A stretch of DNA of 64,000 nt, taken from assembly GCA_022446795.1 (NCBI GenBank), contig JAKVBX010000005.1:37085-101084 (forward strand), read 5' to 3'. The notes beneath the pieces are model-generated. The model searched no databases, was not told the origin of the DNA, and was given only the letters and a program-made list of their open reading frames with translations. Each line of letters begins with the position of its first letter. Position 1 is the first letter of the stretch. The position numbers and the translations under genes were made by a program. Positions 7,411 through 15,829 of this stretch are shown in pieces. The stretch comes from Phycisphaerales bacterium (lineage in GTDB: Bacteria; Planctomycetota; Phycisphaerae; Phycisphaerales; SM1A02).

Positions 7411-9753
7411 TCAGGATGGCATGGTTCCACGCATCTCCATGGGCTGGAACACGATCCAGGCGGCGGTCAGCCACAGCGCCAGGCTCACGATGGCCCATGG
7501 CAGCAGGGCGGCACATTCGCGGCGGAACGATGTGGTCAATTCACGGGCCAGCCGGTACTGCAACCAGAGCGTGACCACCAGGCCCACGTCGAGGATCAGC
7601 AGCTCCAGGGGCAGCAACCAGGTCGGGGCCGGGCCGCAACAGGAGAGGGCCCAGGCCGGTTCTCCCAGGGCGGTGGTGCCGAGGTCAGCCGCGGCCCGCT
7701 GGACGCTGGGAATGACCGTGCCCCAGCTGGTGAACAGGTGGAAGAGCATGTGAACCAACCACATGGCGAAGCCCAATGGAACGAGTGTCAGTGTGAAACG
7801 CGTTGTGACCTGTTTCCAGGTGGCCCCGGTGGCGGAGAGGGCCTGGGAAGCGCTGCCGGCTGCGGCCAGGATCAGCGGCGGCAGGACGGCGATGCTGATC
7901 AGCAGGGAGGCCGAGATGACCCACCAGTCCGAGGTCATTCCCAGCGATGCGGCCAGGTCACCCTGCCACTGCAGGACCGGGCCCACCATGCCCAGGGCGT
8001 TCGCGAAGGCACCGAAGACCAGGACCGCCACCAGTGCCGTGACATCCCATCGATTGGACAGTCGTCGCAGCGATGACCGCCAGCCGTCGTCCAGCAGTTC
8101 GGTGCCATGGCGTCGCGGCATGATGCCGACGTTGTCATGTGGGCACGCGTGAACACAGTCCAGGCACCAGGTGCAGTCCAGCCCGCCGTTCTTCTTGGGC
8201 AGGAAGAGATCCAGTTCGCACCCACGGTTTTCTTCATTGCCGCGAATGCAGTCATAGGTCGTGCACGAGTGGCAGGTGTCCATGTCGCGCACACGGACTT
8301 CCAGCGGGGAGGCCATGGACTGCACGAAGTGGAACTGGCCGATTGGGCAGATGTACTTGCAGAATGACGCCCCACGGAAGAACCCATCGATCACCATGGC
8401 TATGGCGAAGTAGGTGATCACGATCCAGGCGGTCCACCAGGGGGTGTCCCAGAGGCTGAAGGCCTCGTAGGCCCAGAGGAAGAGCACCATCAACGCCACG
8501 GCCAGCCACTTGCTCCTGAGTATCCGCGGCCACCGCAAACGACCACCGCCCAGGCGACGGGCCAGTTCCCGTGGCAGCATGAACGGACAGGCAAAGCAGA
8601 ACAGGTTGCCGGCGACGAGGAGGGCCAGCACGACGAATCCCCGCCAGTGAATCCACGGCAGGACACCGGCCAGGTTCATCGGGCTGTGCTGCGGGCCCAG
8701 CAATCCGTCGATCACCACGGCCGCGGCCAGCAGCAGCATGACCGTCTGCATGCCCCGGCGGAAGAGCCGATGTCGGAACACGCGGCCCAGTCCACGCAGC
8801 CGCAGCAGGTCGAAGCCTGTCCGTGGGGACGAACTGGCGGTGCCGGCACCAACTGGTGACGGGCTTCCGCCAGCCAGCACGGGGAGGGGCAGGCTTCCGC
8901 CGGGTGTTGCCGGTCGCAACGCCTGGCCCGGACGCGCGAGCCTGGGGCTCAGCAGTTCGCGGATGATGATTGCCACCGGAACCAGGAAGATGATCGACCC
9001 CGGGACCCACATGATGGCGCCGGCGATGGCCTGATCATCCAGGGCGGTCAGTCCCAGGAGGCGAGGCGCCGACTCGTAGGTCGGGTAGATCACGACTTCC
9101 CAGAAGCAGAAGGCGGCCGAGAAGACGGTGTTGGAGACATCCGCCACGAGCAGGTAGATGATCATCGACCACCGCGGCCAGACCGGTGTGCTGGGCCAGG
9201 GTTGAACGACCGGCCACCAGAACAGCATGGATGCGAAGAGGAAACAGGCGTGCTCGACCTGGTGCCAGCCCTGGCTTCGGAGCCCCAGTTCGTACAGCGG
9301 CGGCCAGTGCCATGCCCAGGTCATGATGATGAAGACCAGCAGGCAGGTGACGGGATGGCCGAGCCCACGGAAGAAGGTCCACAGGGCGGGCCATGCGAGG
9401 AATGGTCCCAGCCAGTGCTTGCGGATGACGTGAGGCAGCCCACGCAGCAGTGGTATGCCCGGTGCCCCGAGCCAGATCAACGGTGGGGCGATCATCATGA
9501 GCAGCAGGTGCTGGGTCATGTGGGCCTGCAGGAGCAGGTTGCCCATGGCGTCGAGTGGTGAGGCAATGGCGAGCCAGATCACGGCGAGTCCGCCGGCATA
9601 GCTGACCAGTCGCCAGCGGGGAAATCGGTCCGGCATCCGGCGATGCAGACCTCGCCAGCCGCGCCAGTACAGACAGAGGCTGACGAGCGAGACCAGGATG
9701 ATCACCGGCTCCAGCGTCCAGGACTGCATCAGGGCTTGTGCAGCGGGATTCAC
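7411..9753 (-). CDS. fusion protein: caa3-type cytochrome oxidase assembly factor CtaG plus a CcoG/FixG-like 4Fe-4S polyferredoxin membrane protein
   Basis: The N-terminal roughly 290 aa resemble Caa3_CtaG (YWRGW...SPLDAMGNLLLQAHMTQHLLLMMIAPPLIWLG). The C-terminal part has FCFACPF and CKYICPIGQF membrane motifs, a ferredoxin cluster CHSCTTYDC...CTWCLDCVHACP, and additional TM helices. Confidence 0.75.
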   Translation of the reverse strand: MNPAAQALMQSWTLEPVIILVSLVSLCLYWRGWRGLHRRMPDRFPRWRLVSYAGGLAVIWLAIASPLDAMGNLLLQAHMTQHLLLMMIAPPLIWLGAPGIPLLRGLPHVIRKHWLGPFLAWPALWTFFRGLGHPVTCLLVFIIMTWAWHWPPLYELGLRSQGWHQVEHACFLFASMLFWWPVVQPWPSTPVWPRWSMIIYLLVADVSNTVFSAAFCFWEVVIYPTYESAPRLLGLTALDDQAIAGAIMWVPGSIIFLVPVAIIIRELLSPRLARPGQALRPATPGGSLPLPVLAGGSPSPVGAGTASSSPRTGFDLLRLRGLGRVFRHRLFRRGMQTVMLLLAAAVVIDGLLGPQHSPMNLAGVLPWIHWRGFVVLALLVAGNLFCFACPFMLPRELARRLGGGRLRWPRILRSKWLAVALMVLFLWAYEAFSLWDTPWWTAWIVITYFAIAMVIDGFFRGASFCKYICPIGQFHFVQSMASPLEVRVRDMDTCHSCTTYDCIRGNEENRGCELDLFLPKKNGGLDCTWCLDCVHACPHDNVGIMPRRHGTELLDDGWRSSLRRLSNRWDVTALVAVLVFGAFANALGMVGPVLQWQGDLAASLGMTSDWWVISASLLISIAVLPPLILAAAGSASQALSATGATWKQVTTRFTLTLVPLGFAMWLVHMLFHLFTSWGTVIPSVQRAAADLGTTALGEPAWALSCCGPAPTWLLPLELLILDVGLVVTLWLQYRLARELTTSFRRECAALLPWAIVSLALWLTAAWIVFQPMEMRGTMPS

Positions 9754-9789
9754 GGGTCAAATCGTACCGGCTGGACGGCCAGCGGCCCG

Positions 9790-11259
9790 CTAGAAGACCG
9801 GCGGATCGGCATCCTCGGTTTCGCGAGGTGTCATGGAGAATCCGGCAGCGGGCTCGTGCTCCCAGTCCGGGTGCATGGTGTCCAGGAAGGACACGACCGC
9901 CGTGACGGCCTGTGGAGACAGGTGCTTGCCGTAGGCGGGCATGTTGCCGCCGCCCTGGATGACCTGTCGGATCAACTGGTCGGTGTTGAGCCGGGTCGCC
10001 ACATCATCCAACTCTGGGCCACGGTGACCGCCACGTCCCTTGAGGGCATGGCAGTTCCGGCACTGCTTGTTCTGGACCACCAGGGCGCCCTGGAGTTCCA
10101 GTGGGGTACGTCCCTTGACGTACGCCGGTGGCGTGGGGATGCCGCTCCAGGCATCCATCACCGGTGACCAGGGCGAGGTGTACCCGAGGTAGGTCAGGGA
10201 GGAGAGCGTCAGCATCAGGAAGATGATGAAGATGACCGAGAACGGTCGTCGCTTCCAGTGCTTCTCGCCGCGTCCGGAGATGAACGGCAGCAGGATCAGG
10301 ACGGTGGCCGCCAGGATCGGGAAGCCGATGATCAGGAACGTCTCCATGTACGGAGGCAGCAACGCGAGCACGGCAAAGATCGACTGGAAGTAGAAGTCGG
10401 GTCTCGGGGCCGTGTCGATCAGCGTTGGATCCGGTTTGCCGGAGGGGCCGGATGGTCCGAAGAGACTGGCGCACACGAACACCAGGAAGAGCACCAGCCC
10501 GCAGGCGACCAGGTCCCGGGCGGCAGCGTTCGGGAAGAACGGCATGCCACGCTTCTTGACCTCTCGTTCGTAGGTCTCGAAGTAGGTCTTCTTGTTGACG
10601 TGGTAGCCAGGCGTCGGCGTCTCGTTGATGCCGCACTTGATGACCAGCAGCAGGTGAAGCCCGATGAGGCCGATGAGGGCGCCCGGGATGACGAAGACGT
10701 GCAGGGCGAAGAAGCGCGACAGGGCTTCCGAGCCGATGATGGCGCCGCCGAGCACGAAGTGGACCAGTTCCGGACCAACCCAGGGCACGCGACCAACCAT
10801 GGCCATGCCCACGCTCAGGCCCCAGTAGGCATCCTGGTCCCATCGCAGAACCTGCCCGGTGAAGCCCATGGCGAGCGTGCACAGGAACAGGCCCAGCCCG
10901 ACCAGCCACGTCAGCTCCCGCGGGAACTTGAATGCGCCGTACAGGAAGACCTGGATCATGTGGATCGACATGAAGGCGATCATCAGGTGCGAGCCCCAGA
11001 CGTGCATGCCGCGGAGGAACCAGCCCATGTACTGCTCGTAGGTCATGTACATGAGGGATTCCCAGGCCTGGCCACCGGAGGGGACGTAGGCCAGGGCGAG
11101 GCAGATGCCCGTCGAGATCTGGAGGATGAAGATCGTCAACGTCATGCTGCCGAAGACGTACCACCACTTGGCACTGCGCGGGACCGAGTGCGTCGCACTG
11201 GGCCCGATCACCTCGGCGAGGTGCAGTCGGCTTTCGAACCAGTTGAGGAACTTCTTCAT
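9790..11259 (-). CDS. cytochrome b (bc-complex) fused to a C-terminal monoheme cytochrome c
   Basis: WWYVFGSMTLTIFILQISTGICLALAYVP...RGMHVWGSHLMIAFMSIHMIQVF is typical of cytochrome b. The C-terminus carries CRNCH plus GGGNMPAYG. Confidence 0.9.
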   Translation of the reverse strand: MKKFLNWFESRLHLAEVIGPSATHSVPRSAKWWYVFGSMTLTIFILQISTGICLALAYVPSGGQAWESLMYMTYEQYMGWFLRGMHVWGSHLMIAFMSIHMIQVFLYGAFKFPRELTWLVGLGLFLCTLAMGFTGQVLRWDQDAYWGLSVGMAMVGRVPWVGPELVHFVLGGAIIGSEALSRFFALHVFVIPGALIGLIGLHLLLVIKCGINETPTPGYHVNKKTYFETYEREVKKRGMPFFPNAAARDLVACGLVLFLVFVCASLFGPSGPSGKPDPTLIDTAPRPDFYFQSIFAVLALLPPYMETFLIIGFPILAATVLILLPFISGRGEKHWKRRPFSVIFIIFLMLTLSSLTYLGYTSPWSPVMDAWSGIPTPPAYVKGRTPLELQGALVVQNKQCRNCHALKGRGGHRGPELDDVATRLNTDQLIRQVIQGGGNMPAYGKHLSPQAVTAVVSFLDTMHPDWEHEPAAGFSMTPRETEDADPPVF

Positions 11260-11279
11260 CGGATCTCGTTCGCCTGGGG

Positions 11280-11834
11280 TCAGGCGGTCTGCTGCAGGGA
11301 GGGAAGACGGCCGCCCTTGATCTGGAGTTGACCGTCAACGATTCGGGTTTCGTACTCGTAGAGGCCACGCGGGGGCGGGCCGGCGGCATGGGAGCCGTCG
11401 GCGTAGTACACGCCGCCGTGGCAGGGACACATGAACAGCTTGGACTCGGGGAACCACCGGACGGGGCAGCCCAGGTGGGTGCAGTTGATGGCGAACACGG
11501 TGAAGTCGCCGCCGTCCTTGCGACGGACCCAGCACGGGATGTCAGCGGTGTAGCCGTCCCATGGAACGCGGAACGGGTTCACGAAGGTCGCCAGTCGCGT
11601 CTCGCCCTTGGGGAAGTCGTCGGCCTTGCCCAGGGTGATCCACTTCTGCCACCCGGTTCCACGCCAGGAGTTGAATACGTATCCGATGATCGGCAGGGCG
11701 ATCAACAGGCCCGCGACGACATTGATGCCGGCACCGAGCCAGAAGAGGAATGTCCGACGCGGCGGCTCCGGCTTCGGGCCTTCGCCAAGCATCCTGACGT
11801 CGGGGGCTTCCTTGTAGTTGAAGTTCTCAGCCAT
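11280..11834 (-). CDS. Rieske [2Fe-2S] subunit of the bc-type complex
   Basis: Contains CTHLGCPV...CPCHGGVY Rieske boxes and an N-terminal TM helix. Confidence 0.9.
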   Translation of the reverse strand: MAENFNYKEAPDVRMLGEGPKPEPPRRTFLFWLGAGINVVAGLLIALPIIGYVFNSWRGTGWQKWITLGKADDFPKGETRLATFVNPFRVPWDGYTADIPCWVRRKDGGDFTVFAINCTHLGCPVRWFPESKLFMCPCHGGVYYADGSHAAGPPPRGLYEYETRIVDGQLQIKGGRLPSLQQTA

Positions 11835-11846
11835 CTCGGAACCGTC

Positions 11847-12638
11847 TCATTCTGCCTGTGCCATCGTCTCGGAACGGTCGTCGTCTGCCGACGCCTCGAT
11901 CGTGGTCGTGTCTGGATAGGGTTGACCCGGGAACTCGACCCGGTGCGAGGCCAGCCAGGCCACGACATCGCTGATCTGTCGATCGGTCAGTGGGGACAGG
12001 TCAGCCCGCTTGCTGCTCTTGTGACCGCCGGCGTAGCCCGCGAAGTTCGGCATTCCCAGGTCCAGTCGGCCGCAGATGACGGCCGATCGGAGGGCCTGGT
12101 CGCTGACCAGTGCCAGGTAGGACGGGTCAACAACCGAGCCGGCCAGTCCGCCGTTGCCCTGGTCACCGTGGCAACTGCCGCAGTACGTGCCGAAGACCGA
12201 CTTGCCGCGTGACACGGAGCCGGTGTCGCCGGAGATCGACGGCAGCTTCAGGTTGCTGGCGACCGCGGGGTTCGACCAGTGTTCCCACATGCCGTCGACG
12301 ACGATCTTGATCTGTTCGTCGGTCATCGGACCGCCCTGTGGAAGGCCGAAGGGTGGCATGAGCGTGTGCCCGACGCCATCGGTCACGACCCTGGTGACGT
12401 ACTCCTGGTCAGCGATCGCCAGGTACATCGGGTCGTTCAGCGGCCGTGCGGCGCCCCATCGACCATCGGCGCCATGGCAGCCGGAACAGTGGGTGGTCCA
12501 CAGCACGTGGAAGTTGGTGATCGTCGTCTGGATGACCGGCTTGTCGGCCTCGGTGGGCTTGCCGGGCATCCAGTCACAGCCGGCGAACGTCAACGCGCTC
12601 GTCGCCAGCAGGGCCGGGATGGTCCATTGCCGCCTCAC
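11847..12638 (-). CDS. diheme cytochrome c lipoprotein
   Basis: Two CxxCH sites (CSGCH, CGSCH). The signal/lipobox is RRQWTIPALLATSALTFAGC. The GTG start at 12638 overlaps the upstream TGA (GTGA). The longer ORF reaching 13070 overlaps the upstream gene and is rejected. Confidence 0.8.
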   Translation of the reverse strand: MRRQWTIPALLATSALTFAGCDWMPGKPTEADKPVIQTTITNFHVLWTTHCSGCHGADGRWGAARPLNDPMYLAIADQEYVTRVVTDGVGHTLMPPFGLPQGGPMTDEQIKIVVDGMWEHWSNPAVASNLKLPSISGDTGSVSRGKSVFGTYCGSCHGDQGNGGLAGSVVDPSYLALVSDQALRSAVICGRLDLGMPNFAGYAGGHKSSKRADLSPLTDRQISDVVAWLASHRVEFPGQPYPDTTTIEASADDDRSETMAQAE

Positions 12639-13483
12639 TCGTCTTCGCCTCCCTGGGATCGGATACCGGGAGATTCCATGCCGAAGCGTTCGAGGTAGGT
12701 CCAGTTCTGCATGGTGCCGATCTTCTCGGTGCGGATGATCCACAATCCCGCGATGATGCCGAAGGTGACCTGGGCACCGATGAACCAGTACCAGTCGATG
12801 TTGGTCTTGAGGGCCGGGTTGATCACGCTGATCGTGGCCCAGGTCAGCCCGGACCACACCAGTGGCACGAACAGGGCGGCGAACAGCAGCGGGAAACGCG
12901 GGATCATGGGCAGCGTGACGCCGTAGATCAGGCCGACGAAGACCGACATGATGCCCTGGATCAGCAGGCCGACGATCAGGCTGGTGGCATTGAATTGTGA
13001 CAGTTGCTCGACCGTCTGGGTTTCGACGCCGATCAGCAGCGTGGCTGACAGGATGTTGCAGGCGTACCACAGGCTGCCGTGCTCGATCAGGCTTCCGATG
13101 GTGGCGACGATGGCCATCACGATGCCACCGATGATGCCGCCCCAGATGCCTGCCGAGTAGGGGTGGATCTCCGCTGGGACACGCTGGCGGTGGCGGGCCT
13201 GGCCCATCAGGCGACGGACCTGCTGGGTCCGCGGGGCGACCGGATCGGCATCGGGTTCAAGGGGAATGCGGTCCTCGCGGTTGTCCGGGTGGACTTCCCG
13301 GAACCAGCCGATCGCACCCACCAGCATCAGCATGGCGCCGATGATGGTGACCACCCACTGCGTGACCAGCCCGGCGGCGATCAGCGTGACGCCGAAGGCG
13401 CACGTGAACGGCGAACTGGTCGGCGCCGGCAGGTCAATGCCGGGCGGCTCGGGCGTTCGGGGACGGAATTCCTCAGTACTCAT
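12635..13483 (-). CDS. polytopic membrane protein of unknown function embedded in the respiratory cluster
   Basis: About 6-7 hydrophobic helices are visible, for example FGVTLIAAGLVTQWVVTIIGAMLMLVGAIGW, IWGGIIGGIVMAIVATIG and FPLLFAALFVPLVWSGL. It is translationally coupled to the diheme cytochrome c gene. Confidence 0.6.
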   Translation of the reverse strand: MSTEEFRPRTPEPPGIDLPAPTSSPFTCAFGVTLIAAGLVTQWVVTIIGAMLMLVGAIGWFREVHPDNREDRIPLEPDADPVAPRTQQVRRLMGQARHRQRVPAEIHPYSAGIWGGIIGGIVMAIVATIGSLIEHGSLWYACNILSATLLIGVETQTVEQLSQFNATSLIVGLLIQGIMSVFVGLIYGVTLPMIPRFPLLFAALFVPLVWSGLTWATISVINPALKTNIDWYWFIGAQVTFGIIAGLWIIRTEKIGTMQNWTYLERFGMESPGIRSQGGEDE

Positions 13484-13501
13484 GGGTCGAAGGTGACTCG
13501 A

Positions 13502-14140
13502 TCAGACGTATCCGATGATGTAGACGATGGTGAAGACGGCGATCCAGATGCCGTCGACGAAGTGCCAGTACCACGACAGCATGTCCACCTTGTGGGCATG
13601 GCGCTTGTGCATGAAGCCACAGGCCGTCAGCACGAACACGATGGTCAGGAGGATCAGCCCGCAGCAGACGTGGCCGGCGTGGAAGCCCACGACGGTGTAG
13701 AAGCCCGAGCCGAACAGGTTGGTCCGGATGGTCAGCCCGTCCTCGGCGATCAGGCCGTACCACTCCATTCCGGTTCCGACGAGGAACTCCACGCCGAAGA
13801 GAATGGTCAGCAGCCACCAGAAGCCGAACATCTTGATGTTGCCCTTGCGAAGGGCCTTGACCGCCAGCACGATCCAGATGGAACTGGTCAGCAGGAAGAT
13901 CGAGTTGAACACGACCTTCATCGGAGCGACCGAGATGTCCAGGACCTCGTGCGGGAACGGGCCGGAGATATCCCGGCCGATGTAGTACAGGTAGGTGGCC
14001 AGCAGCGTGCCGAAGAAGGTGATCTCCGAGCAGATCAGGCAGGCCATGCCGACCTTGCCGCGATTGAGATTGCGCCGCTTCGCCACGGGTGGATCCGTGG
14101 AAACGGCGGCGGGCATCGCGTTGGCGGAGGCTTGGCTCAT
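13502..14140 (-). CDS. ctaE: cytochrome c oxidase subunit III
   Basis: FFGTLLATYLYY, GFHAGHV and WYWHFVDGIWIAVFTIVY are characteristic of the subunit. Confidence 0.9.
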   Translation of the reverse strand: MSQASANAMPAAVSTDPPVAKRRNLNRGKVGMACLICSEITFFGTLLATYLYYIGRDISGPFPHEVLDISVAPMKVVFNSIFLLTSSIWIVLAVKALRKGNIKMFGFWWLLTILFGVEFLVGTGMEWYGLIAEDGLTIRTNLFGSGFYTVVGFHAGHVCCGLILLTIVFVLTACGFMHKRHAHKVDMLSWYWHFVDGIWIAVFTIVYIIGYV

Positions 14141-14146
14141 GGAACG

Positions 14147-15829
14147 CTACTCGTACTTCCAGTCGGGGTCTTCGGGGTGCTTCTGGTCCCACAGCGGACG
14201 ACGGCTGTGCACGGTGGGAATCTCGGAGAAGTTGTACTCGGGCGGCGGGGAGGTGGTGGTCCACTCCAGTGTCCAGGCATCCCACGGATCGTCGCCGGCC
14301 TTCTTGCCCCGCAGGACGCTGTTGATGACGTTGTAGGCGAAGAACAGGATGCCGGCGATCTGGAACAGCACGCCGATGGAGGACAGCAGGTTCCACAGTT
14401 CCCAGCCGCGGTCGGGGTGATACGTGTAGATGCGGCGGGGCATGCCGAGCATGCCGCTGACGTGCATCGGTCCGAACGTGAGATTGAAGCCGATGAACAG
14501 CAGCCAGAAATGCCACTTGCCGATGGTCTCGCTGAGCATGCGGCCACTGACCTTCGGGAGCCAGTAGTAGATGGCCGCGAAGATCGAGAACACGAGTCCA
14601 CCGAACAACACGTAGTGGAAGTGGCCCACCACGAAGTACGAGTCACTGACCTGCCAGTCGAAGGGCACGACGGCCAGCATGATGCCGGTGAGTCCGCCCA
14701 GGAGGAACTGGGTCAGGAATCCCATGGAGAACAGCATGGGCGTTTGGAATCGAAGCTTGCCGCCGTAGAGCGTGGCGATCCAGTTGAACATCTTGATGCC
14801 CGTCGGAACGGCGATGAGCATCGTCGAGCCCATGAAGATCGCATTGACCATGGGGCTCAGGCCGAGGGCGAACATGTGGTGGACCCAGACGCCCAGCGAG
14901 ATGAAGCCGATGGCGATCGTCGCGGCGACCATGAGCGGGTACCCGAAGATCACCTTCCGGCTGAAGACGGGGATGATCTCGGAGACGTACGCGAAGGCCG
15001 GCAGGATGAGGATGTACACCTCGGGGTGTCCGAAGAACCAGAACAGGTTCTGCCACAGCACGGCCGAACCGCCATTTCCCGTGTCGAAGAACTGGGCTCC
15101 GAGCCACCGGTCGAACAGCAGCATGACCTGGGCCGCGGTCAGCGGGGGCATCGCGATCATGATCAGGATCGCGTCGATGAACATCAGCCACACGAACAGC
15201 GGCATCTTCATCAGCGACATGCCGGGGCATCGCATGGTCATGATGGTCGTGATCAGGTTGATCCCGGTGGCGATCGAGCCGAAGCCGCTGATGCCGATGC
15301 CGAGGATCCAGTAGTCGGTGCTGTGGCCGCGGGTGAACGTGCGTTCCGTCAGCGGGGCGTAGGCGAACCAGCCCACGTCCGGCGAGGATCCCATGCCGTA
15401 CAGGCCCTGGGCACCGAAGTAACTGAAGTAGAGCAGCAGGCCGCCAAAGAGGAACAGCCAGAACCCGAAGGCGTTGAGCCGTGGGAACGCCAGGTCCCGG
15501 GCCCCGATCATCAGGGGCACGAGGTAGTTGGCGACGCCCAGCAGGATCGGCATGCCCACGAGGAAGACCATCGTGGTGCCGTGCATGGTGAAGAGCCGGT
15601 TGAACTCCTCGGGCCCGACCACCTCGAGACCCGACCAGGCCAGCTGCCACCGCATCATCGAGGCCTCCAGGCCACCGATGAGGAAGAAGAGCAGGCCGGA
15701 GGTCACGTACATGATGCCGAGCTTCTTGTGGTCGGATGTGGCGACCCACTCGTGCAGGTACGAGAAGAACGTGGCGCGATGGCCCGACGCTTTTTGCAGT
15801 TCCCTGTTGGGACCGTCGAGGACCGTCAC
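14147..15829 (-). CDS. ctaD: cytochrome c oxidase subunit I
   Basis: Contains SDHKKLGIMYV, WFFGHPEVYILILP and GHFHYVLFGG. The probable GTG start at 15829 overlaps the subunit II stop (GTGA). The longest ORF starts at 15853. Confidence 0.95.
   Translation of the reverse strand: MTVLDGPNRELQKASGHRATFFSYLHEWVATSDHKKLGIMYVTSGLLFFLIGGLEASMMRWQLAWSGLEVVGPEEFNRLFTMHGTTMVFLVGMPILLGVANYLVPLMIGARDLAFPRLNAFGFWLFLFGGLLLYFSYFGAQGLYGMGSSPDVGWFAYAPLTERTFTRGHSTDYWILGIGISGFGSIATGINLITTIMTMRCPGMSLMKMPLFVWLMFIDAILIMIAMPPLTAAQVMLLFDRWLGAQFFDTGNGGSAVLWQNLFWFFGHPEVYILILPAFAYVSEIIPVFSRKVIFGYPLMVAATIAIGFISLGVWVHHMFALGLSPMVNAIFMGSTMLIAVPTGIKMFNWIATLYGGKLRFQTPMLFSMGFLTQFLLGGLTGIMLAVVPFDWQVSDSYFVVGHFHYVLFGGLVFSIFAAIYYWLPKVSGRMLSETIGKWHFWLLFIGFNLTFGPMHVSGMLGMPRRIYTYHPDRGWELWNLLSSIGVLFQIAGILFFAYNVINSVLRGKKAGDDPWDAWTLEWTTTSPPPEYNFSEIPTVHSRRPLWDQKHPEDPDWKYE

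Noticed and set aside
10004-11389. A 461-aa minus-strand ORF lies in an alternative frame over the cytochrome b gene.
   Set aside because: It is on the same strand but out of frame with a gene that shows canonical cytochrome b sequence. The product is Pro/Arg-rich.
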